From the human T2T-CHM13v2.0 reference genome, Homo sapiens, in NCBI RefSeq assembly GCF_009914755.1, contig NC_060928.1: a stretch of 64,000 bases of DNA, one strand, 5' to 3'. Below, one piece after another: positions 38,116 through 52,550 of this stretch (position 1 is its first letter; the number at the start of each line of letters is the position of its first letter). A model generated the notes under the pieces. It saw only the letters and a list, made by a program, of their open reading frames with translations, was not told the DNA's origin and ran no database searches. The translations under genes and the position numbers were made by a program.

Positions 38116-39049
38116 GTAAGTCACAATTTCTGATGTATATATTTTTTATTTTTCATAAAGTTTTCAAATTGTGAAAGTGTATTTGCCATTTGATGCCCTC
38201 AGGAAGGACGGGTTGTTTGCCTTTCCCTGTCTCCTTGTGGGCGGGTTCTAGGTGAGTTAATTCTGGGGGCGCTTTCTGTGACACCCAGGTGGCCTCGGCG
38301 TGTGTTTTGGAAGCTGTTTGTTAAGAGAACTGCCATGGCCCTGAACACCAGTGTGATAGAGCGCTGTGTGTCTGAGGAGTGCACCCACCCGCCTGCCTGT
38401 GTCTGACAAGTTAAAACGTGTTTTTGCTCTTCCCTTGTTGTATAACCAGCTTTTAAACCAGCAAGTTAAGATTTCAAAGTGCTTTCTGAATTTGAGCAAT
38501 TCAGGAAATTTGGGTGAGACCCAGAATTTTCTCAAGAAAAGTATAATAGACGAATTGAGAGTGTGGGATGAAGAGGAATCAAAAACTTACTTTCTGTGTT
38601 TAAAGAATTTTGTGCACAGGGATTCTTTTCATGGACTGATTGAAAAGGAAGTAGGCAGGAATGTCTTATTTCACTGAAGATTTCTCTGATGTCATCCTTA
38701 TCATTTTGGTTCAATGATTTAAAAAAACCTCTCCAAAGTAAGGAGAGTTCCTCCGAAATATTCCTCTTTTCTTCTAACACTCCTGACAGTCCGCAGGCTC
38801 TCGGGTTTCATCGTCACCTCACGCTTTTGTCCCCACTTCTGTCCCTGAGAGCTGGAATAGGTGCACCTGGCATCGCTGTGGGCCAGGGATGGGCTGAGGC
38901 ACAGGCTGTGCTGCAGAAGCTGCCCAGGGGCCGGTGGGTTTGAGGTGCCACTGTATTTGTGCGTTAAAGAGAAACCAAATGTCGTTCTCTCACTTTCTGT
39001 GGTCCTGCAGCTGCTGGCCTCAGTCCTCGGCCTCGGAAAGGGCTGCTGT

Positions 39050-39172
39050 CCCCAGGTAGGCAGACAGAGCTCAGAGCCCTCGCAGGCCAGCCACTCTGTA
39101 GGAAGGCCAGGAGGACCCCAGGTGGGCAGACAGAGCTCAGAGCCCTTGTGGGCCAGCGGCTCTGTAGGAGGA
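39050..39172 (+). repeat. Two-copy 66-bp tandem duplication
   Basis: ccccaggt.ggcagacagagctcagagccct...ggccagc..ctctgtagga twice. Confidence 0.88.
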
Positions 39173-39656
39173 GGAGCATATCTTGGGTTACACACGCACT
39201 GGCACCTGAAGCCGAGACCAGAGGGATCCCGACACTCGTGTGGTGGAGATGTATTTTGTAGAATAAAAGGAATTCTATTTCCTATTTTATGTACAATGAA
39301 AATCATGTCATTTAATCAGTCTTAAGGTGGAGGGAGGATAAACTTCCTTAATGAAAAGAAACAGGACCCGGAACCAAATCCAGGATAAAGTGACCGGTGT
39401 TTTGAATGATCTGTTCATGCTTTCTCTTTCTGCCGTGTTCTCACTTCTCCTTTCTGGCAGAAGACATTCATTTCTTGCAGGCAATTTATACATGAAAGAT
39501 TTGCCTAATATGTTTAGTTTCACCATATATAATAAGTTTTATTTGCCTCCAAAAGATTGCTTCTGTCAGCAATAGATGCAGGAACCCAGAGTTGTGTTAT
39601 GTGTCCATTTTACAGTTGTTTAAAAACCTGCACCTCCCAAGGGTGGGAAGTCTCTA

Positions 39657-39756
39657 GCTCCTCGCCGTGCTGGCTCTGTGTGTCCCTCTGAGGAAGTGTG
39701 TCCTGGCTCCTCGCCACGCTGGCTCTGTGTGTCCCTCTGAGGAAGTGTATCCTGGC
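39657..39756 (+). repeat. Two-copy 49-bp tandem duplication
   Basis: gctcctcgcc..gctggctctgtgtgtccctctgaggaagtgt.tcctg twice. Confidence 0.9.
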
Positions 39757-39873
39757 CACGCAGAGATCCCCTGGTGCTAGGGCTTTCCACCCCCTGCTCC
39801 TCCTTCTTTTCCCAGTGTCAGACCCTGGGGCCACTGGGACAGGCCCGTCCCTCCATGGAGAGCCCCAGTCACA

Positions 39874-39949
39874 GAGGAGGAGACGGGAGGGAGGAGGAGA
39901 CGGGAGGGAGGAGGAGACGGGAGGGAGGAGGAGACGGGAGGGAGGAGAC
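39874..39949 (+). repeat. 17-bp purine-rich minisatellite (GAGGAGGAGACGGGAGG) x4.5
   Basis: Directly visible perfect units. Confidence 0.95.
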
Positions 39950-41599
39950 AGTCATCAGCACACCCTGAATTTCAGGAACCGCAGTGGGCGGGCTGGATGT
40001 TTATTTAGTTCCTTTTTGTGTTTTTGTTATTTTTCCATCTTCAGTTTCTTTGCTTATAAGAGTAAAAAGAGCCAGTTATCTTGTTTAATGTGCACATGAG
40101 CTCTAGATCGGTGTCACATTCTGCCGTTGTTAGATGTAGGGCACCGAGGCAGAGTGGGGAGATCCAGCAGCTCACAGTAGTCTGCAGGTGAGATGGCCAG
40201 ACTCAGGCCTGCAGGGGAAAGCCCTGGCTGAGAGGCCCCTCCACCCTGGCTCCCACCCACCCCCCAGCCCTGGGCCTCCACACGCCCAGCCCCATGGTCC
40301 TGGAGAGTCCCCCGCTCCAGCCCTGGACCCTCCAGCGCCTGCAGCCCCTGCTGCCCCTTCTGGTGCCTCAGGCAGAAAGAGGCCCCCTCCCCCACACCCT
40401 GCCCTCCACGGCAGTGACAGGAGCCTGGGCGGGGTCGGGGTGGGGGGGTGGTCCCAGGGAAACTCTGGCTGTGTTTCCACACAGAGATCTTTTTATAGGC
40501 TGTGGTCAGTGGGAGACTCAGTGCACTGAGGTGGGCCTGGGAACTCCAGCACCCCAGTGTTTTTATGGGAAAAATGCTCCCCGAGTTCCAAGGAGGGACT
40601 GAGGAGTTGGCTTGGGGAGCAATCTGCTCAGCTGGGCTGTCTCTGCCTGGTCATCCTGTCTAGTTTTGGTGATTAATAGATCACTCACTTAGAAATATTT
40701 TGTGTTCAACGAGCCGTGCCAGTGAGAGAGTTCGTGTTCATGCCACGGTTTCATTCTGTGACGCGTATCGTGCTTTTATAGCTTAGGCTCTCGCTGGAGA
40801 GTTTTAGTTTTGTGGCTCGGTTTTAAGGAAGTTGGACTATGCTATTTTGGCAATCTTTGTCAAGTTGGAGTGTGTTTTTTCACTTTTTCAGAAGAAAGGG
40901 GCTGATAATGGCCACCCGTTTGTAGCCAAAGAGTGCCCTCGGGAAAAAGGGTTACAGCTGGTCTCTGGGGGGCACGGCAGGGCTGTGGGTGGGGGCAGGG
41001 AGCAGATTCCAGCTGGAGAGAAGGAAGCACATTCTAGCATTATAGAGAGGCTTAGCAGGGGAATGGTCTGCCTTGTGGGAAGTTATTCAGACAGAAGTGT
41101 GAGGTCGAGCTGGAGGGAGATGGGGCGTTGTGAAGAAATGAGAAAAGGAAGATGCCCGGTTGCTCCTGGAAAAAGGAACCTCTCACCTCTCCTGGTCTGG
41201 CTCTGCACAGAGCTGGAGCCGCGGCCGCACAGAAGCCCGTTCTTGTGGCTTCCTCCGTTGGTCAAGCTCTGTGCCAAGAGGCCTGCCAGAATCCCCTCAC
41301 CCACTGCAGCCTCCACAGGTGGATGTTCCCGCTGTGACCACCTCACCTTCTGAAGTCGGGGTGTGGAGACTATCGGGGAGCTCCCAGAGCGCCCACCTCC
41401 TCCTGCGTACGGCGTCTGTGCCAGCAGGAAAGCCGGGGAACTGTGCGGCTCTGGCTTTGGGGGACGGTGGCAGGTCCACATGACACCCCACATACATGAC
41501 CCCGGTGCTCCAGCTGCTTCTCAAACACTCCGTTCTCGCAGCCTCACCCTGGGGACCCCCGACACGTACTAGTCGCAGTCCTCCATCCCCATGTCCTCC

Positions 41600-42078
41600 T
41601 CATGCCTTGTGCCTCAGCTCTGCCCTGACCCCACTCTGTCCACTCAGCTGCCCCCCTACTCGTCCTCCATGCAGACCTCAGTCTTGGCCCTGTCTCTGCA
41701 GCCATCCTCCCGCTCCCTTCTCCTGAACGCTGGTGGTTGCCCCCACAGCAGCAGCAGTGATCTGCCCAGCCCCTGCACTGGACCCCTCCACCAGCTCAGA
41801 GCCCCTGTTCCCCCAACCATCCTGCGTCCCACCCTGGTCTCCAATGGTGCCTCAGGCACATGCGGTTTCCCTCTTCCCTTCCTGACCACCTGCCCCCATC
41901 CTGAGCGATGGCCACTGTCAATTTCCTGCCCGTGCTAGGGGCAGCTTCCATCATTTTAATTATTCATCTGTGTTGGTGCTTTTGTCCCCCCAGCTGGTGT
42001 GACCTCCACGTGGCAGGTCAGAGTTGTCCCGGCACCCGGCACAGCGGCTGGCACGAGAGCTGTCTGTTGAGTGAATGA
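41600..42078 (+). mobile_element. Degenerate L2 3' end
   Basis: Terminus ggcacagcggctggcac...tgttgagtgaatga resembles the L2 end. Confidence 0.45.
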
Positions 42079-43381
42079 TCGGGTGTTCAGCAGACATCAG
42101 CCAGAGCGTCAGGGCGAGGCTTGGGCGGGGACAGTGGCTTTCAGTGATTTTCCTTTTAGTCGTGAAACCTTCTCAAAAAGCACACACAAGCACAGAAGCA
42201 GAAACTCCTGTGTGACTGGTGTTGCGGGGTGGACCCACTGCCGCCGCCTCCTCCTGGGCTGCTCTGCGCGCCTGCCAGGCTCTTCCAGTGCCTTCACCCA
42301 ACACGCGGGCCTTTGGAGCTCAGACCTGGCCATGGCGGAAGATTCGGGCTCCACCTGCAGCTCCACAGCTGACAGGCCGATCTCTTGGGGCAAGTCACTT
42401 TCTCTCTCCTAGCCTTGTGTCTTCATCTCGCCGGTCCTTGTTAGCGAACAGGCACTGAGGCCTGGGGAGCTGTCACAAACGGCTGCCTGATGGGGGAGGG
42501 TTACCGTAATTGCCGGATTAACTTGGGGGACTTTAAACTGCATTCCTCTTTAAAATATAAAGTATAATTGTTGATATTTTTGGCAAATGCCAAAATTTGT
42601 ATTCTATACAATTTTGAAAGAGAAAGGGAAAAGCTTGAGAGTAGAACCATCAGTACTTACATAGAATTAGTTGATAAATTTACATTTTCCTCATCAGAAA
42701 AACAGTGCAGCCTAATTGCACATTTTCCAAAAATGTTTGCTAAATAGCAGAAACAGAATGTTAATTTGTAATGCGCTATTGTGGGAGTGGTTGTTTTAAC
42801 CAGAACCCTTTACTTGATTTAATATGTCACATTCTTTTGGTTTGCTTTTGGACTTCAAAATGATGCTCAGAATCACACAGTGTATTTGTAGGGTGTGGAA
42901 TACCGTATTAGTATTTGTAAACAGGAGTCAGACTGGAGATTTTCAGTTTTGGAAGTGTGGAGACTTGATTTCTGCCAGGATGCCTTCCGATGTACTTGTT
43001 TCTTTCCAATTCTACAAGATATTTGGAGAGTTTTTATTACTAGTTTTTAATATTGTGAAATTATTTTTTCAAGCAAACAAATTCAAAGGTAATAAAACCA
43101 CTAACTGCATACCTATCTTCCAGAGTTAACGTGTGCTAGCCAGGGGGCCTGTGCCTGAGAATTGACTCAGGGCTGGGGTGACCACAGAAGCCCTTGGTGC
43201 CCCTGCGGCTGCATCCCCTCCCCAGAGGCCACACTTGGAAGCAGGCGCCACCCCTTCCCACTCCAAGGGAGTTTCTTAGTTAGATTCTTGGGGAAAAGAT
43301 AAAACAAACGAAGAACTCCTCTCATGCAACCCTAGGCGTGAGAAGCAGTGTCCGCCCTGTTTGGTGGTCTGGAGGCCATGT

Positions 43382-43502
43382 CAGAGAGGGCTGCCTGGCG
43401 TGTTTGGGGGCCTCGTCAGAGAGGGCTGCCTGGGGTGTTTGGGGGCCTCACCAGAGAGGGCTGCCTGGGGTGTTTGGGGGCGTCAGAGAGGGCTGCCTGG
43501 GT
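43382..43502 (+). repeat. 35-bp minisatellite x3.5 (CAGAGAGGGCTGCCTGGGGTGTTTGGGGGCCTC..) inside an old L1 3'-end remnant
   Basis: Units start at 43382, 43417, 43452 and 43484; flank ends tgtgcacttttctgtatat...aaaa. Confidence 0.9.
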
Positions 43503-43934
43503 GCTCCAGGGAAGCTCCTCCTGCTCAGCTTCTCGGTCTGGGAGGATGTTCACCTGCAAAACTCCACCAAGCCATATGCTCATAATCTGTGCACTTTTCT
43601 GTATATCTTAATAGTTTACTAAAATAATTAATATTTTAAATTTCTGGAACTTTTAACCTAAGGACTTTCAAAATGGTCTGAAAATGTTAATAGATTTGCT
43701 CTCAGGAGAGTATGTATGAAGTTTGCAGAAAGAAAGCATTATGTAGATTGGATTGAAAATCAGATTGGCCAAAATGATTTAAGGAAAAGGTCTAGAAGTA
43801 GATCCTGAGTGTGGGGAGAGCTCAAGGGCTTTTCTCAGGGACAGGACCTGTGCAGTTTTATGCAGTTGAGGAAGATCCTTCCCCTACCCCCAGGCTAGAT
43901 AGACTGTGGGAAGAGATCCCCTCTGGGCATACCA

Positions 43935-45480
<1,546 letters not shown>

Positions 45481-45790
45481 GATGTGGTCTGTAAAGTTCA
45501 GAACAAAACTCAGGTCATGACGGCACCTTGTACAAAGAGCTTCACTGATTTCCCAAAAGCTGCCTCACAACCCAGAAAGAGCAGGTTCTCCTCTCCCCAG
45601 GCCCGTCCCTGGAGCATCTGAGGCCAGCACCATGCTGGGTCTATGGGGAAATGGCTGGAATTTGGGGAGGAAGCTGCCCAGCCCAGGTTGGACTTGGCCT
45701 GGCTGGCTCCCTAGGTGAAGTGCAGAGACCAAGCCTCTGCCCGGCCCTCAGAGCACCTGCGACTGACCCTTCCTGCCGGCATCTCTCTGA

Positions 45791-46147
<357 letters not shown>

Positions 46148-46564
46148 TGAAATGTAAATAACAAATCTAGAAAGGAATGTAGGTAACAAATATCTAATGA
46201 GAATACTCTATTAGGAATTGCATTTTATATTAAATGATACTGATGTAGAAAGGTGGCTCTATTCTGCTCACATTTCGTGACACTATTTAAACACTTCAGA
46301 TGCATTTTTGTTGCAATTGTTTTTCAAGTAATGAAAACTTTTTATTGAAGAATAGCTTACACGCTGAAAGGTACATACATGATCAATAAGCAATTTGAGA
46401 GATTTTCACAGAATGAACACATGTGTGTTATCAGCACTCAGACCAAGAGACAGAACATTACCAGCAGCCCAAGCGCCCCTGCAGGCCCTCAGTCACCAGC
46501 TCCGGAAGGGACCTCTCACCCGACGGCTGTTGCCTGTTTTCAAACTTAAAAAAAAAAGAAGACT

Positions 46565-46900
46565 GACTGGGCACAGTGGTTCACATCTGTAATCCCAGCA
46601 CTTTGGGAGGCCGAGACAGGTGGATTCCTTGAGGCCAAGAGTTCAAGACCAGCCTGGCCAATATGGCAAAACCCCGTCTCTACCAAAAATACAAAAAAAC
46701 AAAACAAAACAAAAAAAAACATTAGCTGGATGTGGTGGCGCATGCCTGTAATCCCAGCTACTAGGGTAGCTGAGGCAGGAGAATCTCTTGAACCTGGGAG
46801 GTGAAGGTTATAGTAGGCAGAGGTTGCAGTGAGCAGAGTTTGCGCCACTGCACTCCAGCCTGGGTAACAGAGTGAGAGTCCATCTAAAAAAAAAAAAAAA
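46565..46900 (+). mobile_element. Alu (AluS/J-like) with extended linker and small internal duplication
   Basis: Dimer with poly(A); TSD aaaa..gact; duplicated aggtt..agt segment at about 46805-46830. Confidence 0.93.
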
Positions 46901-47518
46901 GACTCAACGCAGCGTATGCTGTTTAGTGTCTAGCTTCCTTTATTTAACATAGGATGGTGCATTTTGCTCCTGTGAGTCTATCAGGAGCTGTTTACTCTCC
47001 TAGCTGTGGACTGTCCATGGTGCAAATATGGCATCGTTCCTCCATTCTTCTCTTGATGACATCGTGTTGGTTCTGACTTTTGGCCGTTACAGATGGTGCC
47101 ATATAACATGCTTGTACAGGTCTTTTGGGTGGGCATCTGCATACATTTCTGCTCTGATAGGCTGGGGGTTTGTATATATTCACCTATAGTAAATACTGCC
47201 AATTTCCAAATGATTTTTACAGTGTCCACATTGACTAGCAGTATATAAGAATTCTAGGTGTTCAACATCCTCTCAACACTTTCCCTGTAGCCACATACAT
47301 AGGGCTTTAATTGTATTAATAGTTTTAGTTCTCAGTCCCCTGATGACTATGAATTGATCACCTTTTCATATATTTTTGGCCCTTTGAATATCTTATTTTG
47401 TGAAGTGCTTGTTCAAGACTTTTGCTTATTTTTCTGTTAGGTTATCTGCCTTTCCTTATTGATTTATAGAATATTTTAAAAATATATTCTGGAAATGATT
47501 TTATGGTGGATTTACGTA

Positions 47519-47858
47519 TAGTTTTCCCTTAGTGTCTCTAGGGAATTGGTTCCAAGACCCCTTGAGGATACCAAAATCTGCAGATACTTGAGTCCCTGAT
47601 ATAAAATGGTGTAGCGTTTGCATATAACCTACCCATACCTTCCTGGGTACTTTAAATCATTTCTAGATTACTGATAACAGCTAATACAATGTAAATGGTA
47701 TGTAAACAGTTGTTATACTATATTGTTTTTATTTGTATTTTTTGTTGTATTGTTATTTTTTTTCCATTAATTTTTTTTCCAAATATTTTCCCAAATATTT
47801 TCCATCCACAGTTGGTTGAATCTGTGGATGCAGAACTGTGGGTGCGGAGGGCTGGCTG
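47519..47858 (+). mobile_element. MER2 DNA transposon (TcMar-Tigger family, non-autonomous)
   Basis: attggttccaagacccc..ggataccaaaatc..gtccctgatataaaatgg..ggttgaatctgtggatgc..ggagggctggctg; TA on both flanks. Confidence 0.88.
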
Positions 47859-49019
47859 TATTAGATATACCTTGTGTTTTGGATTTATGTGTTTGTGATA
47901 GATTTATGTATGTAGTTAAGCCTTTCTATACCTTACCTGTTCATTCTCTTAGTGGTATCTTGTGATGACTGAAAGTTCTTAATATAATCCAGTTTATCAT
48001 TTTTCCCCTTAGGGTAATGCTTATGTCCCTTTAGAGCAGGCTTTGCCCTTCCCAAGACCATGAAAGTAAATCTGTTTTGTTTTATCTTCAATATTTAAAT
48101 CTCTGATTCATCTGGAATTGGTATTTTTGTCTATGGTGTGAGGTAGGGGTAAGATTCATTTTTTCTACATGGTATTCAGTTGTCCCAGCTCCATGTAATG
48201 AAAAGACAATCCTTCCCAATAACTTGAAGCAACACCTGTATCAGGTAATCATATATTTGTGGGTCTGTTTCTGGCCTCTGTATTCTGTTCCATTGGTCTG
48301 TTTGTCTATCATTGGATCAGGACTTCATGTCGTAATTCTCGTCCCTGGCATTTGGATATCTAGTGCTATAGTCTTCATTTTGCTTGTCTTTAAGATTGCC
48401 TTGGTTATTCCTGGCCCTTGCATTTCCTTATATATTTTGGAGGCAATTTTCAAGTCACTGGCAGCTTTCCAGAGTCATCTTCACTTTTGTCCAAGCTGGT
48501 TGAGACATAGCATTTCTGGAATCTGTGTTGATGCTTTTCCTGGAAATGTTATCACAAGCCACATGCAGCCATTGACATTTGGACAATTGGGGTTTTTTTT
48601 TTTTAATTGCTGTAATTATACATATGTGATCTTCAATATGTAGTTACTCATTCTTGCTCTCAAAGTCTTGAGACCATTCCTCCCAGGAATAAATACTAAA
48701 TCTGGCTTGGTTTGCCTTTTAAAAAACCATCTCTTCTGGATGAATGACCTCTATAAGTATCTAACACCAGCATTAATGGAGATGATTTCAGGCTAATGCA
48801 TCACCCTCAAATAGACTCTTGCTCGAAAGAAGGTGAGGGAGCAGCCTGGGACACACAAGACCTTGCAAGGACTTGAGAAAAAAGGGACTGGTTGCATCAG
48901 AGAAGCCAGTGGGAAGCCCCTGTGTGCCTCTGGGTGCCGAGGTGGGCTGTGGTGGGATGCCACACTGGCTGCGATAGAAGAAGAAGGAGCTGTGCAAGTG
49001 CGTGGCCGGGCCAGAGCCC

Positions 49020-49470
49020 ACCCTGTGGTCAGGATGGCCGAGCAGAGCTGAGACCTGACAGATGGGTGAGGATTAACCCTCATATGAGTTTGGGAAGACA
49101 GGAAGAACCAGGAAAAAGCTGAGATGGCAGCCAGGGGGTCGCGAGGAACCCAAGAGAGAGTAGTCGTGTGTGCACATGTCCATGGGAGGAGCAGTGGAAC
49201 GACGTGAGAGGGGTCCCAAGACTAACCTCAGGGTTTTGCCTCAGGCAGCTCGGAGGATGAGGGTGTTTGCAGAGATGGGGAAGACTAGGGTGGGAGGAGC
49301 AGATAGGGGGGTGATAACCAAGAATTCTGCTTTGGACATGGGATTTTTGAGATGTTTATTCAAAATCTACTGGAGATATTGTGTAGACAGTTGGATAAAT
49401 GAGTACAGAATGCAGAAAAGTGGTTGGGCTTGAAAATAGAAATTTGGGAGTCATCAGCGTTTCAATGAAA
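49020..49470 (-). mobile_element. L2 fragment
   Basis: gagctgagacctga; gagatggggaagact; tttggacatg..tttgagatg; aatttgggagtcatcagc. Confidence 0.75.
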
Positions 49471-49587
49471 CTCATTGGCTTGGTAAACTTGAGTAATTAT
49501 AGATCATGCAGAAAAGGCGAGTCTCAAACCCATAAGACACATGGGAAACCAGAAGATGCTGAAGATGTGGTTTGAGAGGCAATAGGA

Positions 49588-49817
49588 CATAGAACAATTA
49601 AGAGTATGGCCTCTGGAGCCAAATTATTTAGGTTTACATCCTAATTCTGCTACTTCCTAGCTGTGGGTCTCATTTCTCTCATCTGTAAAATGGAATAATA
49701 GTAGGACCCATTACTTACAGACTTCTTACAGGAAGTAAATGATTTAATATATGTGAAGTACATCGGACAATACCTGGTACATTATAAGGAGTTATATAAA
49801 TGATAACTGCCATTATT
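49588..49817 (+). mobile_element. MIR
   Basis: Core ctcatctgtaaaatggaataatagta and 5' ctctggagcca. Confidence 0.8.
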
Positions 49818-50011
49818 TGTAATGGCATTTTAATTGCATTTTCAATATAATTGACCACTGGAAGTGAATAAAATTATTTAGAGGGACTGGGTAGAGAAAA
49901 TAAGCCAGGAGGTCCTGAAGAAGCTTACAAGATCAACAAGAGAAAGAGCATCAGAGGAGAAAAACTCTCCACTTTGATTGTTAAAAACCCAATTTTAAAA
50001 TAAGCGATGTT

Positions 50012-50164
50012 GAACCAGGCACGGTGGTGCACACCTATAATCCTAGCTGTGGATTATAGGGAATGCTTGGGAAGCTGAGGCAGGAGGCTCACTTGAGGCC
50101 AAAAGTTTGAGACCAGCCTGGGCAATATAGTTTGACTCCTTCTGAAAACAAACAAACAAACAAC
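50012..50164 (+). mobile_element. Alu left monomer (FLAM-like)
   Basis: Single arm with (CAAA)n tail. Confidence 0.85.
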
Positions 50165-51024
50165 AATAAGTGACAAAAGTTTGAAAACAACTAAATGAGA
50201 GGATATAACAAGCAATATTAAGAAAAAAGAGAAGTGGCATAACAATATTAATATCAGACAAAGTGAAAAAGCAATAAAAAGAACAAAAAAGACAGTGTGC
50301 ACCAAAAGTAGCATGAGATTTGCAGAACAGAAGTAAATGGCACGGTATCAACATGGGTAAGTACTCCGAGGGGGAATTATTACACACCTTTTTCAGAAAC
50401 CAAGAGATCAAGCTGAAAAAAAAAAATAGTAAGATTACAAAGTATGTGAATGGAAAAATGAGCAAATTAAATCTAACAGACACATAGAGAGCTTTGTACC
50501 AAATGGAAAATACACTTTTTTTCTAAAGTACGTGGAACATTTACTAAAGTTGTGGCATACAATATGCCACACATGCAGTTGCTACAAATTTAAAAAAATT
50601 ATAGCATACAGAGAATAGCTCCTGACAGCAGTGTATTTGAATAGAAGTCGATCATAAAATGATAACAAAAAAGAATTCATACATTTTAAAGTTTAAAACC
50701 ATACTTCTAAATAATCCATGGGTCAAGGAAGAAATTAAAATGGGAGTTATCATACAGTTTAGAACCATTTATGGTTCTATACTACACATCATCACCAGTA
50801 GAATATAATCAAAGTGATTTTCAGTGAAAAAATTGTAGCATTAAATGTATATATTAGAAAAAAGTTTGAAAATATAGGAAATAAGTTTTCAACAGAAGCA
50901 AGTACGGAAAAAAGGAAATGCAAATTAAGGAAATGAAGATAAATGCAGAAATTATCAAAATAGAAAAAACCAAACAGTATACAACTAAAAGTATGAACAA
51001 AAGTATAATCAAGAAAAAGAGGGA

Positions 51025-51140
51025 GGCCAGGCACAGTGGCTTATGCCTGTAATCTCAGCACTTTGGGAGGCTGATGCAGGAGGATCACTTGGGCCCAGGA
51101 ATTTGAGACCAGCCTGGACAAAACACCATCTCTACAAAAA
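51025..51140 (+). mobile_element. Alu left monomer (FLAM-like)
   Basis: TSD aagaaaaagagg (51011-51022 / 51141-51152). Confidence 0.88.
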
Positions 51141-51415
51141 AAGAAAAAGAGGAAGAGGACAAAGATAACATCAAGAATGAAAGACAGGTCCTAAGTACAG
51201 TTAGAGACTAAGAAGTAACACTATAGGACAATTCCATTAACAACTTTATACTGTACATTTGATTAACCGGACAATCTTTAGGAAAATATAAATGATCAAA
51301 GTTGGCCTAAGAAGAAGTAGAAACTGATTAGATAAATCAACATAGGCAAAAATGATTTGGAAGTCAAAGATCAAAACCCCCATAGGCACCATGCCCAAAC
51401 CAATATACAGATGAG

Positions 51416-51785
51416 TATATCAGTCAGCTTAGGCTAAGTAATATTGCAATAACAAATAACACCAAAAATCCTGGTGGGTTTAACAAAGCAGATGTTCATT
51501 TCTTACACTACATTACATGCCTACTGCAGTTTGGCTTTGTTTTTGTTCTAAGTGTTTTCCTCCAGGAGCCAGGCTATTGGAGCGCTTCCTAAATGGGGCA
51601 CTGCAGGCCTTGTGGCCGAGGGAAAAGACGGCAGGGCAGAATCAGGTCATGGCTCTCAGCCATACTGTTTCACATTCATTGGCCAAAGCATAACACATGG
51701 TTTGCCTGACGTCAGTACACAGGGCTTGAATGATCTTCCACAAGGGGGGGCAACAAACATTTCCAACTTAATATTGTCTTTACAC
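51416..51785 (-). mobile_element. MLT1-family solo LTR (MaLR)
   Basis: tatatcagtcagcttaggcta...gcaataacaaataac.ccaaaaatc; cacattcattggccaaagca..cacatgg; ends in caca. Confidence 0.75.
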
Positions 51786-52214
51786 AGGGCATAGAAGATG
51801 GGAAGCTTCTCACCTCAGTTTGCAAGACTGGCATATTCCTGATACCAATATTGGAGAAAGATGGCACAGGAAAATTGAATTATTGGCCAGTTTCACTTAT
51901 GAGTAAATATAGAAGTTTGTAAATAAAATAATTAGCAAATCAAATCCAGTAGCATTTTTTAATGCATCCTTGTGAAGTTTGGTTTACACAAGAAATGCAA
52001 AGATAGTTCACCCTTAGGGAATTTTCCATTCATCCCACCATTCATTCAACAGTGATTTTTGTGGGGCTCTCACTTTTCTTCAAAAAACTCTTCTAGGAAC
52101 TAGGGATACATTGGTGAACAAAACAACGGATTGTGTTACATTAATAGATTAAAGGACGAAAATCATATTATTACCACACTGGAGGCCAAAGGAGCATCTA
52201 ATAGAATTACTGAT

Positions 52215-52550
52215 AAAAAGCACTCATTCCTTTTTTAAAAAGTTATACTTAATAGAATACATGAATGTACTCTATTAATTATTATATATTATATATTCTA
52301 TTAGTAATAGTATTAGTTTTAGTAATACTAACTACTAGCTAGTATTACTATTAGAATTAGTATTAGTATTAGTAATACTAATTGCTTATTAGTATTAGTA
52401 ATACTCATTAGTAATACTCATTAGTATTAATAATTAGTAATAGAATATATATGATAATGAATAGAAAAAGCACTCATTCCTTTTTTACAAAGTTATACTT
52501 AATAGAATACATATAATAATAATTATACTATTAGTAATAGTATATATATT
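52215..52550. repeat. AT-rich quasi-palindromic tract between 48-bp direct repeats
   Basis: Direct repeats at 52215-52262 and 52465-52512 (1 mismatch); TAGTAT/ATACTA units in both orientations between them. Confidence 0.9.

Larger units (their letters stand above)
46335..48455 (-). mobile_element. Old L1 (L1ME-like) 3' end, interrupted by an Alu and MER2
   Basis: ttttattgaagaatagcttacac...aagagacagaacattaccagca..cc is typical of L1ME 3' ends; ORF2-derived sequence to about 48450. Confidence 0.75.

Noticed and set aside
49028-49060. GTCAGGATGGCCGAGC...CCTGACA resembling the ends of tRNA-Leu
   Set aside because: Only a 16-nt match; no anticodon arm, T arm or B box; it lies in an L2 fragment whose consensus already contains gtggtcagg and gagctgagacctga.
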